From Octopus bimaculoides (Eukaryota), in NCBI RefSeq assembly GCF_001194135.2, contig NC_068984.1, forward strand, positions 11,515,815 to 11,579,814: a stretch of DNA of 64,000 nt, given 5' to 3'. Numbering within the stretch: position 1 is the stretch's first letter; the number at the start of each line of letters is the position of its first letter. The position numbers were made by a program, and so were the translations under genes. The notes beneath the pieces are model-generated. The model had not been told where the DNA came from. It made no database searches and was given only the letters and a program-made list of their open reading frames with translations. Positions 1 to 13,264 of this stretch are shown here, one piece after another.

Positions 1-797
1 TTTGAACTCAGAACATGAAGTGAGAAGAAATGCCACTAAGCATTCTGTCCAGTATGTTTAATGATCTGCCAACCCATTGCTTCATAATGATATTAATAAT
101 ACATTAAAGTAATGAAAAACAGAAGGGTCTATAATTGATACTCTTGCCTAGATCATATGCAAGAAATTATCAAAAAAATGTAATGACCCAAATGGGAAAT
201 CATACAAAGAGAATTAGACAACACTGCATCGTTTAAACTGAACAACTTGTTACAGTTAGAATATACATATATCTACAACCATGCAAACTAGTTACATCTA
301 TTGGGATGTGTATGTGTGTGTGTAATTTATTTAGTGATCCAGTGGTTTGTTACTCTGGAGATTCCACAGCATGCCACCACTTCCTCAAGTCAAAGTGGGT
401 CGTGTGTGTGCGTGCACGTTTGTGTACATAAACACTACTAAATTATCAAGAAATATTAAATACAAACATTTATTAAAATGCTGTCATTGAAAACAACCAA
501 TTTACGGTTTTTCAATGAAGGAGACTCTACATGATCATTTGATCTGTTAGAAATAGCAGCCAAATCTCCCTCAAACTACATGTTAGCATCCTGTTAAGAG
601 GCAGACACATTAGATAATGTAGTCCTAGATACTCAATGCCTGAGAGAAATATGGGACTGTCATCAGTAGAATCATAGGTCTGCTTGATCACTACTCACCT
701 GGCACTAAGCAACAGCTCAAATATATGATTGTGCTAAGAAAAATATAAGAAAACCACAAATAAATTATTACTAAAGACTGAAAAGGTCTTTCTTTAA

Positions 798-1019
798 CCC
801 TTTAGCATTTAAACTGACAATATCTGACCTAAATATTCCACCTGTTTTATGTTCAGACCAGCCAGATCTAACCTCTCACACCAACCCAACAATATCACTT
901 TAAAAATATACAATCACATCATTGAAACCTCAAAGCTGTGAGATATAGCATGATTATTTCAAAACAAAATGAAAAAAATAAGCATTACAAATTGATAGAA
1001 TAACCTAAATGCTAAAGGG
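798..1019. mobile_element. piggyBac-type MITE
   Basis: TIRs ccctttagcattta / taaatgctaaaggg; flanked by TTAA (left) and TCAA (right, one mismatch). Confidence 0.7.
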
Positions 1020-1596
1020 TCAACATACCGATCTCCTCTGGTTTTAACAATGTGTTTGTGTGTGAAGACATTGGGAAATGGCAAAATATGTGCAGAGGAT
1101 GCAGGCAGAAACTATTATAAGTCATGTTAGAATTTGAAATATCTTAGCATAATCATCATTCAGCATCTGCTTTCTATACTGGCATAGGTTGGACGGTTTG
1201 GCAGAATCTGGCAAGCCCCAATGTCAACTTTGGTACAATTTCTATAGCTAGATGCCCTTTCTACTGCCAACCACTCCACAGTGTGTACTAGGTGCTCCTT
1301 TTGTGCCATTGGCACTAATGAGGTCACCAGGTAACTTACGAAGATTAAAAAAACTCCCTTGGTTACATGACGGAGGTGACTTTATGCCAGGTAACATTAC
1401 AACCAAAATTTTAATAACATTAATACTTTACTACATACACTAACATTGTTTGTGACAGATTGAATTAAGAAATGAAACAAGCCTTTTTCAGAAAGTGTAG
1501 TATTGTTTGGGAGACTAGTTTAATTTAATTAAAAAATTACTTTCGGACCAGCTGATTTCAACATGGAAAGATCAGAAAACAAAATTAACAGCTTAC

Positions 1597-1713
1597 CAGA
1601 ATGGTGCCACCTGTCTGATATCTGAATGGCTGAAGAACATAGCGCTGTACTAAGAAGTTTGGCATAATGGCCACAGGTGGAATTTCAACAATCCTTGCAA
1701 CATTTAATCCAGT
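1597..1713 (-). CDS. HDAC11: HDAC11 coding exon 4
   Basis: ttcatttatttcag| ... CTG|gtaagc; 117 nt; encodes EIPPVAIMPNFLVQRYVLQPFRYQTGGTIL. Confidence 0.96.
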
Positions 1714-3081
1714 CTGAAATAAATGAAAAGACATTATTAAATTTTGTTAAAATGTAAGTTCATGAGTACAACGATTGGAGAAGTTTGTCCTGATATTTAC
1801 AAAAGCTTAAAAACACAATGGCTGGAAGAAATTTCAAGAAGCCATGAAAATCCCCAACAACAAATCTGTCCCTTTATTTTCCATTCACCCTCTAAGGTGA
1901 GGGAAATCTTTAGTCTTATGCATTTCAAGGAAACCCCACTAGTGATGGTACATCGTCATCATTTAAAATCTGTTTTCTATGCTGGCATGAGTTGCACAGT
2001 TTGACAGCAGATGACAAGGCCAGGAGCCACACCACATTCCATTGCATGTTTTGGCTTGGTTTCTACAGTTGGATGCCCTTCCTAATGCCAACCACTTTAC
2101 AGAGTATACTAGGTGCTTTTTACATGGCATTAGCACCAGTGCTTTTTGTGTGACACCATCTCCTGTGCTCATAAAACAAAAATGTTTTTTTTAATCACTT
2201 AGTACACTGTAAAGTGACTGGCATTAGGAATGGTATCCAACCAGAGAAACTATACCAACACTGAAACACTGGAGCAAGACATAATTCTCCGACTTATTGG
2301 ATTGTATCTAACTGTCCAGCCCATGCCAGCATCAAAAGTGAACATAGAAATAACGATGACAGTGACAATGATGATTGACAACATGGCTTTTTTTTTTACT
2401 TATTTTAACACAGCAGCTGAAAATATTTGTCCACTACAAGACAATTTACTGCATTAACAATGAGTGCTTGCAGAAAAAAAAGACCCCAAAAGCATTTTAA
2501 TATTTTGTGAATAAAGTGAGGCAGTGAACTGGCAGAACCGTTACCATGCCATGCAAAATATTCAGTGGTATTTCATCTGTCTATATTCTGAGTTCAAATT
2601 CTGTTGAGGTTGCCTTTCATCCTTTCAGGATTGTCAAAAATAAGTACCGGTTGTGTACTGGGAGTCAATGTAATCGACTTGCCCCTCTCTTGAAATTGCT
2701 GGCCTTGTGACAAAGTTTGAAACTAATATTTTATGGTTAAAGTTCTTGCTTTTGAAATCCTCTTTATTTCACTATTTCTAGAAGACTCTTTAAAAGTCTT
2801 CCCAATTTTCGTTCTCACCCTGGTCAGATGGTCATCTAAACCCACTTTTCACATCCATCTCTCTTTATCTTTACTGTGTCTCTCAAATGAGATTTTGCAC
2901 CAAATACTTCTAATAACTCTTCACCATTGGTGCAGGCATGGCTGTGTGCCTAAAAAGATCACTTTGCAACCACATGACATTTTGGGGTTCAACCCCATTG
3001 TATGCCATCTTGGGCAAGAACCTTCTACTACAACCAACCCATGGCCAACCAAAGCCTTGTGAGTGAATTTGGTAGACAGAA

Positions 3082-3115
<34 letters not shown>

Positions 3116-6100
3116 GACAACCAATGTTGATTTGCTTATGTCTCAGTAACTTAGCAGTTCAATAAAAGAGATTGGTAGAATAAGTACTGTACTGTAAAAA
3201 TAGTAAGTTTTGGGAGTCAGAATTTGTTTGACTAAACCCTTCAGAGGAGTGTCCCAGCTTGACCACAGTCCAATGATTGAACCAAGTGAAAGATATAGCT
3301 GCTGACCACTGGAATTTCTCTCTTGCCCAGGTTTCACCCACACAAATTCAAACTGAACATCAACTGCACCAGTTTACAGTTGATGATCAAATATTGCCAA
3401 TATTTTTGCACCAACCTATTATTTTAACTTGAAAATGTCAAGGGGAAACTGAAATGTGAGTGCAGGAGGACACGGACTGATTGATATCATGGCTTTCCTA
3501 TTGGGAAATGTCATGGTGTCCTTTAGGATTCAGTAAAATGTTAAGAGCTAATTCCTGTTCAAAAAATTTATTTAACAACCAGTTTGTGAAAACTGTGTGC
3601 AGGTCACTAGTGTGTGTGTGTGTCCCTGCTTATGCCCCATAACTTAGCAGTACAATAAGCAGAGATTACCAAAGAGCTGAAATAAATACTGGGGTTGATA
3701 TGATCAATAAACCCTTGAAGACACTCACCCCAGAATAGTTGAAATCAGTTAAATACCAAATCACATTTCTTTCACATGGTATGTGTTACCTCTGATTTTC
3801 AAATGATGACTGACTCCCCCACCACCATCATCTAACATTCATCTTCTATGCTGGCGTGAACTGGATGGTTCAACAGGATCCAACGATCCAAGGCTTGCCT
3901 CAAGACCCAGTGCCATGGTTTCTATGGTTAGATGCCTTCCTGGCACAGGCACTAGTGAGGTTAGCAAGTAATTAGCAAGACATGATCCCTCAAACGAGTG
4001 GGGAGTGGTATTAAGGTGGGGGTGGCTTTGAAGCCAAGTGTTAAGAGTGTAAAGTATGGGAGAGAGACTGGAACATGTGTCTATCAATAAAGAGAGATGA
4101 TTTATGGATATTTATATTTCTTTCACAGTCTCTGCACATTTGGTTTTCAAATGAGTCATGGTTCCTAGATACCTTCGCAACATTCGAGGCAACAATAAAC
4201 AGAAAAAGACTAAAATTGTATATATATATATTTATAGAGAGAGAGAGAGAGAGATCATTAATGTGTCAATATGGGAAAGTTTTTTTTTATCTTTTACTTG
4301 TTTCACTCATTGGACTGCAGCCATGCTGGGAGACGGCCTTGAAAGGTTTAATCAAACAAATTGACTCCAGTGCATAGTTTTCAAGTCTGGAACTTATTCT
4401 ATAGATTTCTTTTTACTGAACTACTACATTAAAAGGATGTAAACTAACCGACACCAGTTGTCAAGCAGTGTGAAGGTAGGGACAAACACATACATGCTCA
4501 CACACACATATGCATATATACAATGAACTTCCAGACAATCTTTAGATATTAAATTCACTCATAAGGATTTGGTTGGCCTGGGACTATAGCAGAAGACACT
4601 TGCTTAGTGGGATTGAACCCATAACCACATGGTTGCTAAGCAAGCTTCTTAACCATACAGCCATTCTAGGAACAATATTTTGGAAAAATCTATATTCATT
4701 AATTTTCTACTTCTGACTTATTATGGGATTCATTGTCTGTTCAAACTAGAATTAAATAAGCTGGGTGTAAAACACAAATTTGTTTACTCTCCTTGTTTGT
4801 AGCAATAGTTAATAAAAACTGATCAATAACAACGGTTAGATCAGATAAATTGATTTCAAAAGAGATGTTAGATCAATATTTAAACCAGCATGTTATGTAC
4901 TAGAAACAGAATATTTATTTAAAAGAATAGAAACTAAGTGGGTGTAGCTATGCTGAACACAAGAGTTAATATATTTACATTCATTTTCTTTACAAGTGTA
5001 TGGTAATTGGGTAAAATAATAGTCTGGAAACAAAACACTGCAAATCTTCACAATGAACCTGTATTAATTATTGAATTTAATAAATCAATATGAATATAAT
5101 GTATATTGATCAAGACAATATACAAGTGAAATGAATTCTAACAGCAACAAGAATAATATTTTTTTAACTTGTACCATAGCTGGTTTGTAAGAGAAGCAAG
5201 TATAGTCAATTATATCAACGATTCAAGCTACTAACTTAATCAATAGATTCAGTGAAGATCATTATGACTAAAAGAAAAACTTATAAAAGCTACTCTCGGA
5301 GTCTCTGCATAGAACTATCTTTTATTTGTTTTAACCATTGGACTGTGGCCATGCTGGGGTACAGCCTCGAAGAGTTTTAGTCAAACAAACTGGCTCCAGA
5401 ATTTACTGTTTAAGTCTGGTGCTTGTTCTGTTGGTCCCTTTTGCCCAACAGCTAAGTTACATAATGTAAACAAACAATGGTTGTCAAATAGTGGGGTGGT
5501 GGTGACAAACTTAGACACAAAGACACACACACAATGGGCTTCTACACAGTTTCTATCTACCAAATTCACTCAAAAGGCCTAGAGTTATAGTAGAAGACAC
5601 TTACCCAAGGTGCCATGCAATGGGATTAAACTCAAAGCCACATGGTTGCAAAGCAAGCTTCTCAATCACATAGCAATGTAAGTCTATTATATTTTTAAAA
5701 ATTTTTGTTACAAAAACCCATCAGAATATTGATCCAAAGTGAAATAAAAATATGCCAATTTATTAAATCATTGTTAGAATGATTCTTATCAATAAGAGAC
5801 CAATGTAAAATCAACTATACAAAACAGAGGAGACATATTTAAATTACATAAGATCTCTGGTCTATTTCTACCACAATATGCCTTTACATTGAGGTCATAT
5901 GGCTCCAAAATGCAGCGATACATCACATTTTGACACAAAAAAACAAACAACAAAAAACCTCTCAGTAATTCCCATGAACTCCCAGTCTCTTTATTTGTAG
6001 ACTAGGTGCTACTATTAGCACTAATTATGTTTTTTTAGTAGACACTCAATCTGTCAGCTGTATTCTGTTCGTGATTGCTTATACGGTGAGCTTAAATTCA

Positions 6101-6345
6101 CTAGTTCATCTGCCACAGATCTCCTGGCTCTTTCTGTTTGTATTTATAGTTTCCAGTCAATAGACTGTCCATTTCCTATCCAATGTTCTTTACAAGCCAA
6201 GCAAGACTATTACTTCTTTGATGCTATTGTAGTTTGCTCTTCTCCTACTCTTGTTACTAACTAATGCTTTTGTCTCACAAACGTTTATCTTTTTGATATA
6301 AGCTATACATGAAAAAAAAACAACCATGCCGATGCTATGTACAAC

Positions 6346-6685
6346 AGGGCATCCGTGCTGGCGTCATGACAAGGGCACCCACGCGGCGCCAAGCCGAGAG
6401 CACCCCCGCTGGTGCCATGTCAAAAGCACTTGTGCCACATCAAGAGCACCCGTGCCGGTACTAGCATGACATCAAGAGCACTAATGCTGGTGCTATGTCA
6501 AGAGCACCCATGCTGGTGCCACATTAAGAGCACCCATGCATGTCAAGGGCACCTGTGCTAGTGCCACGTCAAGAGCACCCACGCCGGTGCCACATCAAGA
6601 GCACCCATGCCAGTTCCACGTAAAAGGCACACCTGTGCCAGTGCCATGTATGAAGCAATCATGCTGGTGCCACATAAAAAGGCAC
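6346..6685 (+). repeat. Degenerate minisatellite, about 27-bp unit (gagcacccgtgctggtgccacgtcaa), roughly a dozen copies
   Basis: Directly visible; abuts a family C body. Confidence 0.8.
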
Positions 6686-7419
6686 TCAGCACATGCTGTA
6701 AAATGGTTGGCATTAAGAAGAGCATTCAGCCGTAGAAGTCATGCCAAAGCATACAACTGGAACCTGGGCAGCTCTCTGGCTTGTCAGCTCCTGTCAATCC
6801 ATCCAACCCAGGCCAGCATGGAAAATGAATGTTAAACGATGATACACACACTTGTATATATAGGCACAGACATGGCTGTCTGGTTAGGTTTGCTTCCTAA
6901 CTGTGTGGTCTTGGGTAAAAGTCTTCTACTATAGCCCTGGGCTAACCAAAGCTCTGAGTGGATCTGGTAGATAGAAACCGAATGAAGTGCATTGTGTGTG
7001 TGTCCTTGTCTTGACATCATGTGATGGTTGTAAGTGAGCATCACAAGTGAGGTTGTTTATTCCCACTTTTGCATGCAAAATATGTCTAGCTATGAAGAAA
7101 CATTACATTGTAAGGAAACACAAAGGTTAGCAATAGGAAGGGCATCCAGCAATAGAATATCTACCTCAGCAAATTCTGTCTGACCTGTACAAGCATGGGG
7201 AAATCGATTTTAAATGATTAGCTTAAAATTTTCTTCTACAGATTCTTCAATGTGAACTTGGTTGATAGCACACAAAGTTCCCATGAATGTCTAATCTTGA
7301 ATTCTTGTGCAACTGCTAAGAAGAATAGTAAATTCCAAACATAATTTACTCTTTACTGCCAATTCTGACTTGAGTTTAACACTTAAGTGGCCTAAACAAT
7401 TTTCCTTATTTTGTTGTAT

Positions 7420-7843
7420 CTCAGGAGGGTCAATATGCCAATAATGAATACAAACTGGCTCTGTTTCATTTCTTTTATTACTATCAGTCAATTTGTTAAC
7501 ATCCAATCAACAGATTGATTAATTAATTGTTTGATTAATCATTCAGTCAACCACTCAATCAGGTGGGTTTGTCAGAGTCCTTTCATCACAATTCCTGACC
7601 TCATCTCAGAATAGACAAGCAAACCTGGAATAGTGGGGGCATGTCATTGATGAGGTTGAGATTGGTAACAAAAAGACTAACAAACCTAGCTAACTGATTG
7701 GTTGGCTGAATAATTAAACAACTGATTAATCAAACAATCAATTAGTTAATAGGTTAAATGGTTAATTAGTCGATGAATAATAACAAAAGAAGTGAAACAG
7801 AACCAGTGCATGTGTTTATTATTGACATTATGACCCTCCTGAG
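7420..7843. mobile_element. MITE-like fold-back element with long imperfect inverted arms
   Basis: ctcaggagggtca ... tgaccctcctgag termini; inverted similarity continues inward for more than 100 bp; no clear TSD. Confidence 0.7.
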
Positions 7844-10800
7844 AAGGAACAGATTTTATTGCAGCAGAAGAGTTCACATCAAGAATCTTGCAAACCAAAT
7901 ACAAAAATGAAAAATTTTAATGAACCATTCCTTTGAATTTCATTTGCTCATTACTGATTGAACTACTGAATAAATAAACACAAATCCAAATACCATTAAC
8001 AGAAATTCAAAACTAACTACTCACATAAAACTTCTAATGTTAGAAATTTGGTTAGTATTTCCTTTTAATCACAACTTTATCTGCATGCACTTAAAAATTT
8101 CATTTGACTCAATTACACAACATATTGGTATATTTCTTGCTTAAATTACTGTGAGAGTATGTGCATCAGTATAGAAGCAGGTCAAAATAAAAAATAACAC
8201 AACGCTATGCATCTTCAGGGTGCAAATCTGGGTTGCTTGTTACAGAGGTGGTAAACACTTCAGGAATTTATGTCCCTTCCTTTCTACTGCTTCCTGCCAT
8301 GTTCCCTCCTCCCAAAAGAGTCTATTCTGTTACTCGCTCCACTACCATTCTCTCACAACTACAAATATGTTCCTCTTCTCTTACTTTACTCTCCACCATC
8401 ACACAGCCTCTTTCAATTATAGGGACCATTTTAGGCACTTAGTCTTGTAGATTGTATGGTGACCTCACTGGTGCTGGTGTCATGTAAAAAAAAAAAAAAA
8501 AAAAAAGCAATCAGTATGCCCTGTAAAGTGGTGTTAGGAACGGCATCCAGCTGCAGAAACTAGATCAAAATAAACTGGAACACAATGCAATTCTCCACTT
8601 CATCAGGTCCTACTGGATTGTTCACCCCATGCCAGCAGAGACATTAAATGATGATGGTATTCATGATAATCTATTGACTCTAGGGAGACATCAGAGCTTT
8701 GTTTATTTCTTAATCATTTGATTACAGTGACCTTTCAAAATGCACTCCATGCAAACACAGCTCAAACACCTCATACCAAACATAGCGCTTGAAAACATCT
8801 TACAATAAGAGCACAACAGCTTAAGACACTTTCAACAACATAAAACACAGTCATTACACATATAAAGGGGACCTACTTGCAGCATTACACTATCCATACA
8901 AATAAATAATGCATAGCTTCGGACAGTACCGTCTGATTGGCACTCGTGCTGGTGGCACATAAGCACCATTCAAGTGTGGCTGATGCCAGTACTGGCCCTC
9001 GTGCTGGTGGCACATAAAAAGCACCCACTACGCTCTCGGAGTGGTTGGCGGTAGGAAGGGCATCCAGCTGTAGAAACGTTGCCAGATCGGATTGGAGCCT
9101 GGTGCAGCCTTCTGGCTTGCCAGCCCTCAGTCAAACCGTCCAACCCATGCCAGCATGGAAAGCGGATGTTAAACGACAACGATGACAACGATGATGACAG
9201 TTAGGTTGTTACACCACTAAACCATGGCAATCCAAAGTAGGCTCTTTGGAACCAGAAAGTATTATAGGTGCAGGTGTGACTGTGTGGATGAACCCATATG
9301 GCTCTGGGTTCATCTCACTGTGTGACACCTTAGGCAAGTGTCTTCTACTATAGCCTCAGGCAAACAAAGCCTTGTAAGTGGATTTGGCAGACAGGAACTG
9401 AAAGAAGCCTGTAGTGTGTTTGTGTCCCACCACCACATGGTAACTGGTGTTGGTGTGTTTACATTCCTGTAACTCAGTGGCTCAGCAGAAGAGACTGATA
9501 GAATAAGTACCAAGCTTTAAAAAAGTACTGAGGTCGATTCATTTGAGTAAAATACTTAAAGTTGGGGCCCCAGCATGGCTGCAGTCCAATGACTGAAACA
9601 AGTAAGTTGCGACTCACATTAGAATACTTCTTCCAGGAATTTAACCTTTGGAACTCTTCCCTTGCTCACATATTCTCTACAAAGTTCAAGATGAACATCA
9701 GTTGATTTGACATCATCAGTCTGGAATGGTCTGGAAAAACTGAGTGTGGTCCTTCCTATCAAAACTAAATAATAGTTTGATTTAGGCACAAAGCCAGTAA
9801 TTTTGAGGGGCCAGGAGTTAGAGGATGCCATCAAACCTAGTGCTTGATAGGTATTTTTATTTTATTTTATCGATCCTGGACAAATGTAAAGTAAAGTTGA
9901 CTTTGATGAGATTTGATCTTAGAATGTTAATAGTCTGAATGACTGCTACAAAGCATTTTTCGGATACTCTAACAATTATGCCAACTCAAGATCTAACCAA
10001 TCACCATTTTGAGTGACTGGCAAAAACAATATTTTCATCGTTCGTTCGTTTAACATCTGCCTTCCATGCTAGCATGGGGTTGGACAATTAGACTGAGGAC
10101 TGGCGAACCAGATGGCTACACCAGGCTCCAATCTGATTTGGCAGAGTTTCTACAGCTGGATGTCCTTCCTAATGCCAACCACTCCAAGAATGTAGTGGGT
10201 GCTTTTACGTGCCACCGGCACGAAGGCCAGTCAGGCGGTACTGGCAACGGCCATGCTCGAAATGGTGTATTTTACGTGCCATCTGCACAGGAGCCAGTCC
10301 AGCGGCACTGGCAACAACCTCGCTCAAATGTCTTTTTTTTCCAACGTCCACAAAATCGTAATTCATATTTTTAATTTACTGATTCCATTGAAACATACAT
10401 AGACATATTAAAACAACAATAATCTATAAAGCAACAAAATATTTAACATCAGAAACTATGCATTCCTAAAAAAAATAGTCATTACAATCATTGAATAGAT
10501 ATGAAATGTTTTAAGTTGATGCAGCTACCTGCTTAATATTAACTTGCTGTGATGTGGAACAACCTTACTATAAAGTTTTGTCATGCATGCTATAAAGTGA
10601 GTGGAAGACAGAAAATATTGGGGGTATCAAGACATCTATTTACAGTTAATATTGAGTTGCAATTCTCCCTAAAATAACAATAAAAGCTGAAACAAAACAA
10701 ATCATGCGGTTACTGAAATTTTATCAGATATTAATTAGATTTTACAATTATTTTTCATTATATTTCATTCCAAGGAGGGGCAGCAAAGATGCAGAAATAG

Positions 10801-11392
10801 CGGGCCAAACTACAAGCATTACAATATTGAGTTTTATCTCTCTATGACATGATTTCAGATCCCACCAAAATCAACTTTTTTTTCATCCTTTCAAGTCAAT
10901 AAAATAAGAAGCAGTAATATGTTTGTTTTACATCCAGTTTTCTATGCTGGCATAGGTCATCCGAGTACTTATTTCAGGTTGTATTTTACAACCAAATTCT
11001 CTTCCTGTCATTAACTCTTACCTGTTTTATAAGTAAGGAATTTTATTCTACTACTATGAGACTAAGAACACAGAGCTACAGGATGGAATGTTCACTAAGA
11101 ATGTAAATACAAGTTGTTTACTTTGGCTCAGATGATCTTGTGTGAAGGGGTGTAAAAGACAACTTTAAGCACATGCACAAGACAAAAAACTCTGTCATGT
11201 GGTTGGTGATAGAAAGGACAATCAGCCATAGAAACCAAACAAAACATGAAATGCAAGCAAGATGAGATTCTCCAACCTATCTAGGGTTGGCAGTGCACAG
11301 TACCCTTGAATACCAATCCAATTATGGTGACCCATGCAATCCATACCAGAATAGAAAGTAGATATGAAATTATGATGTCTATATCATCATCA

Positions 11393-11426
<34 letters not shown>

Positions 11427-11546
11427 TTCCATGCATTTTCCATCTCGCATGGAGATGAAAGATAAAACAGTTCTATATTTAAGAGATGAGGAATTATGTA
11501 CATTATTTACATTTGACGGATATTTGTCCTCATCTTGTTTGTTGTT

Positions 11547-11592
11547 AACACAATGTTTCGGCTGATATGCCCTCCAGCCTTCATCAGGTGTC
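11547..11592 (-). ncRNA. Minimal type I hammerhead ribozyme motif (copy 1)
   Basis: GACAC CUGAUGA A GGCUGG AGGGCAUA UCAGCC GAAA CA UU GUGUU: stem I GACAC/GUGUU, stem II GGCUGG/UCAGCC, core intact; helix III minimal (ACAU, probably decayed from palindromic ACGU). Confidence 0.65.
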
Positions 11593-11845
11593 TTGGGGAA
11601 ATTTCGAACCTGGGTTCTCACTCCTAAGGTATTTTTTGATGTTATTATTATTATTCAGGTCACTGCCTGGAATCGGACTCAGAATCTTGGGGTTAGTAAC
11701 CCACGCTCTTAACCACTATGCCATATGCCCACGGACATATGGCTACTAACCCCAAGACTCAAGTTCGATTCCAGGCAGTGACCTGAATAATAATAACATT
11801 GAAAAATACCTTAGGAACGAGAACCTAGGTTCGAAATTTCCCCAA

Positions 11846-11888
11846 GACACCTGATGAAGGCTGGAGGGTATATCAGCCGAAATGTGTT
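11846..11888 (+). ncRNA. Degenerate hammerhead motif (copy 2)
   Basis: GACAC CUGAUGA A GGCUGG...UCAGCC GAAA UGUGUU; 3 nt of helix III/cleavage triplet are missing relative to copy 1, so probably inactive. Confidence 0.5.
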
Positions 11889-12060
11889 AACAACAAACAA
11901 GATGAGGACAAATATCTGTCAAATGTAAATAATGAAAGATAAAGTTGAGCCTAAGTGAGGGATGAAACTAAATACCATGAGGCACAGGGTCTGTGTCTCC
12001 GCTATTTCTGTTTTTTACACTATTACCTTCTTTATTAATGGTAATAAGGTTTTTTTTAAA

Positions 12061-13264
12061 TATTGGGTTGAAACAAAAGTTCATACCATTTTTCAATTGA
12101 TGGCATTTAAAACATGTTTCTTACACGACAGAAGAATACGATATATTTTCTGAAAGGGACATTTCAATGCATTTTCCTACATAATCATTGTGTTTAGTTT
12201 ACTTCTATTGCTTTTACTCTAAAAGTGAAAATGGAGGTAAATGAGATGCATTTTCATAGTTTGATGCTCTTTTATTTCCAGAAAGGAAAGAAGTGCTGTA
12301 CAACAGCAAAATAGACATGTGCAGTTTATGGAGATGGTGCCATACTTGAAAGGATAGTTCATAAATGATTCACTTAGTTCAGAAGTGAAAATTTAGATAT
12401 GGAAAGCTGTGAAACGTTCTGGCAGCCCTAGAGTTGTTGAGGATGGCCAAATCAGATGTTAATCATAACTAATCCAGATCACATGGAACAAGACATTGCA
12501 GAGATTCTCTACATATCTCATATGAACATTATAAAGCATTTAAAGACCCTTGGATACATGAACTGCATTTCTATCAGTGATTCTCTGTTCAAATATAACA
12601 AAAATGACCCATTTTTAAAAAGAACGATCACAGGTGATGGAAAATGAATTTTTACAACAATGCGGAAAGGAAAATGTCCTGGAGAGAATGAAATGTACTG
12701 CCTTTCATCAGTCCAAAAGCTAGTCAATCTCCAAAGAAAGGGATGCTCTCTAATTGGTGGGATTGTAAGAGCATTGTGTATCATGGGTTCCTTCCACAAA
12801 ATCAAATGAATTCAGACAATTATTGTTCCCAGTTAGACTGATTAAAGGAGACAAATGTCTAGAACTGGCCAATTGGAAGGGTGTTATCTCGATTTAGAAC
12901 AATGCTAGACTTCATGCTACCTAGCAAGCTTAGCAGAAATTGGCACATCTTGGCCATAATGTCCTACCACACCCAACAAACTCATCTGACCTTGCACCTT
13001 TGGATTACCATATATTTCAATCTCTACAAAATTCTCTTAAATGGGAAGAACTTCAATTCTTGGAAATACTGTAAAAACAACCTGAACCAGTTCATGACCT
13101 AAAAAAGGTGCCAAGTTCTGGGAGGAAGGGATCATGAAGTTGCCTCAAAGTTGGTAAAAGGTAGCAGAACTAAATGGGACAGATGTATTTGAATAAAGGT
13201 ATGTACAAATACCTAAATACTGAAATTTACTTAGAAAATGGTTTACATTTGTTCCAACCCAATA
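12061..13264 (+). mobile_element. Full-length decayed mariner transposon (about 1.2 kb)
   Basis: Roughly 30-bp TIRs (ttgggttgaaacaaaagttcataccatttt / aaaatggtttacatttgttccaacccaa) with TA on both sides. Broken ORF retains FLKRTITGDGK and HPTNSSDLAPLDYHIF (mariner HPPYSPDLAPSDYHLF motif). Confidence 0.92.

Larger units (their letters stand above)
11483..11934. mobile_element. Head-to-head inverted pair of a tRNA-headed SINE-like element with Penelope-like hammerhead-bearing 3' part
   Basis: 11501-11730 and 11733-11934 are reverse complements apart from a few substitutions and two small deletions. Left copy has an A box (tggcatagtgg); the right copy has the clearer B box (gttcgattcc). Confidence 0.85.

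Noticed and set aside
6346-6685. CRISPR-like array
   Set aside because: Degenerate head-to-tail units with no unique spacers, eukaryotic context, no cas genes.
9700-9725. Other CTGATGA/TCATCAG hits (about 660, 9713, 33379, 41544, 41772, 41882)
   Set aside because: None has a closing stem II followed by GAAA and a matching stem I.
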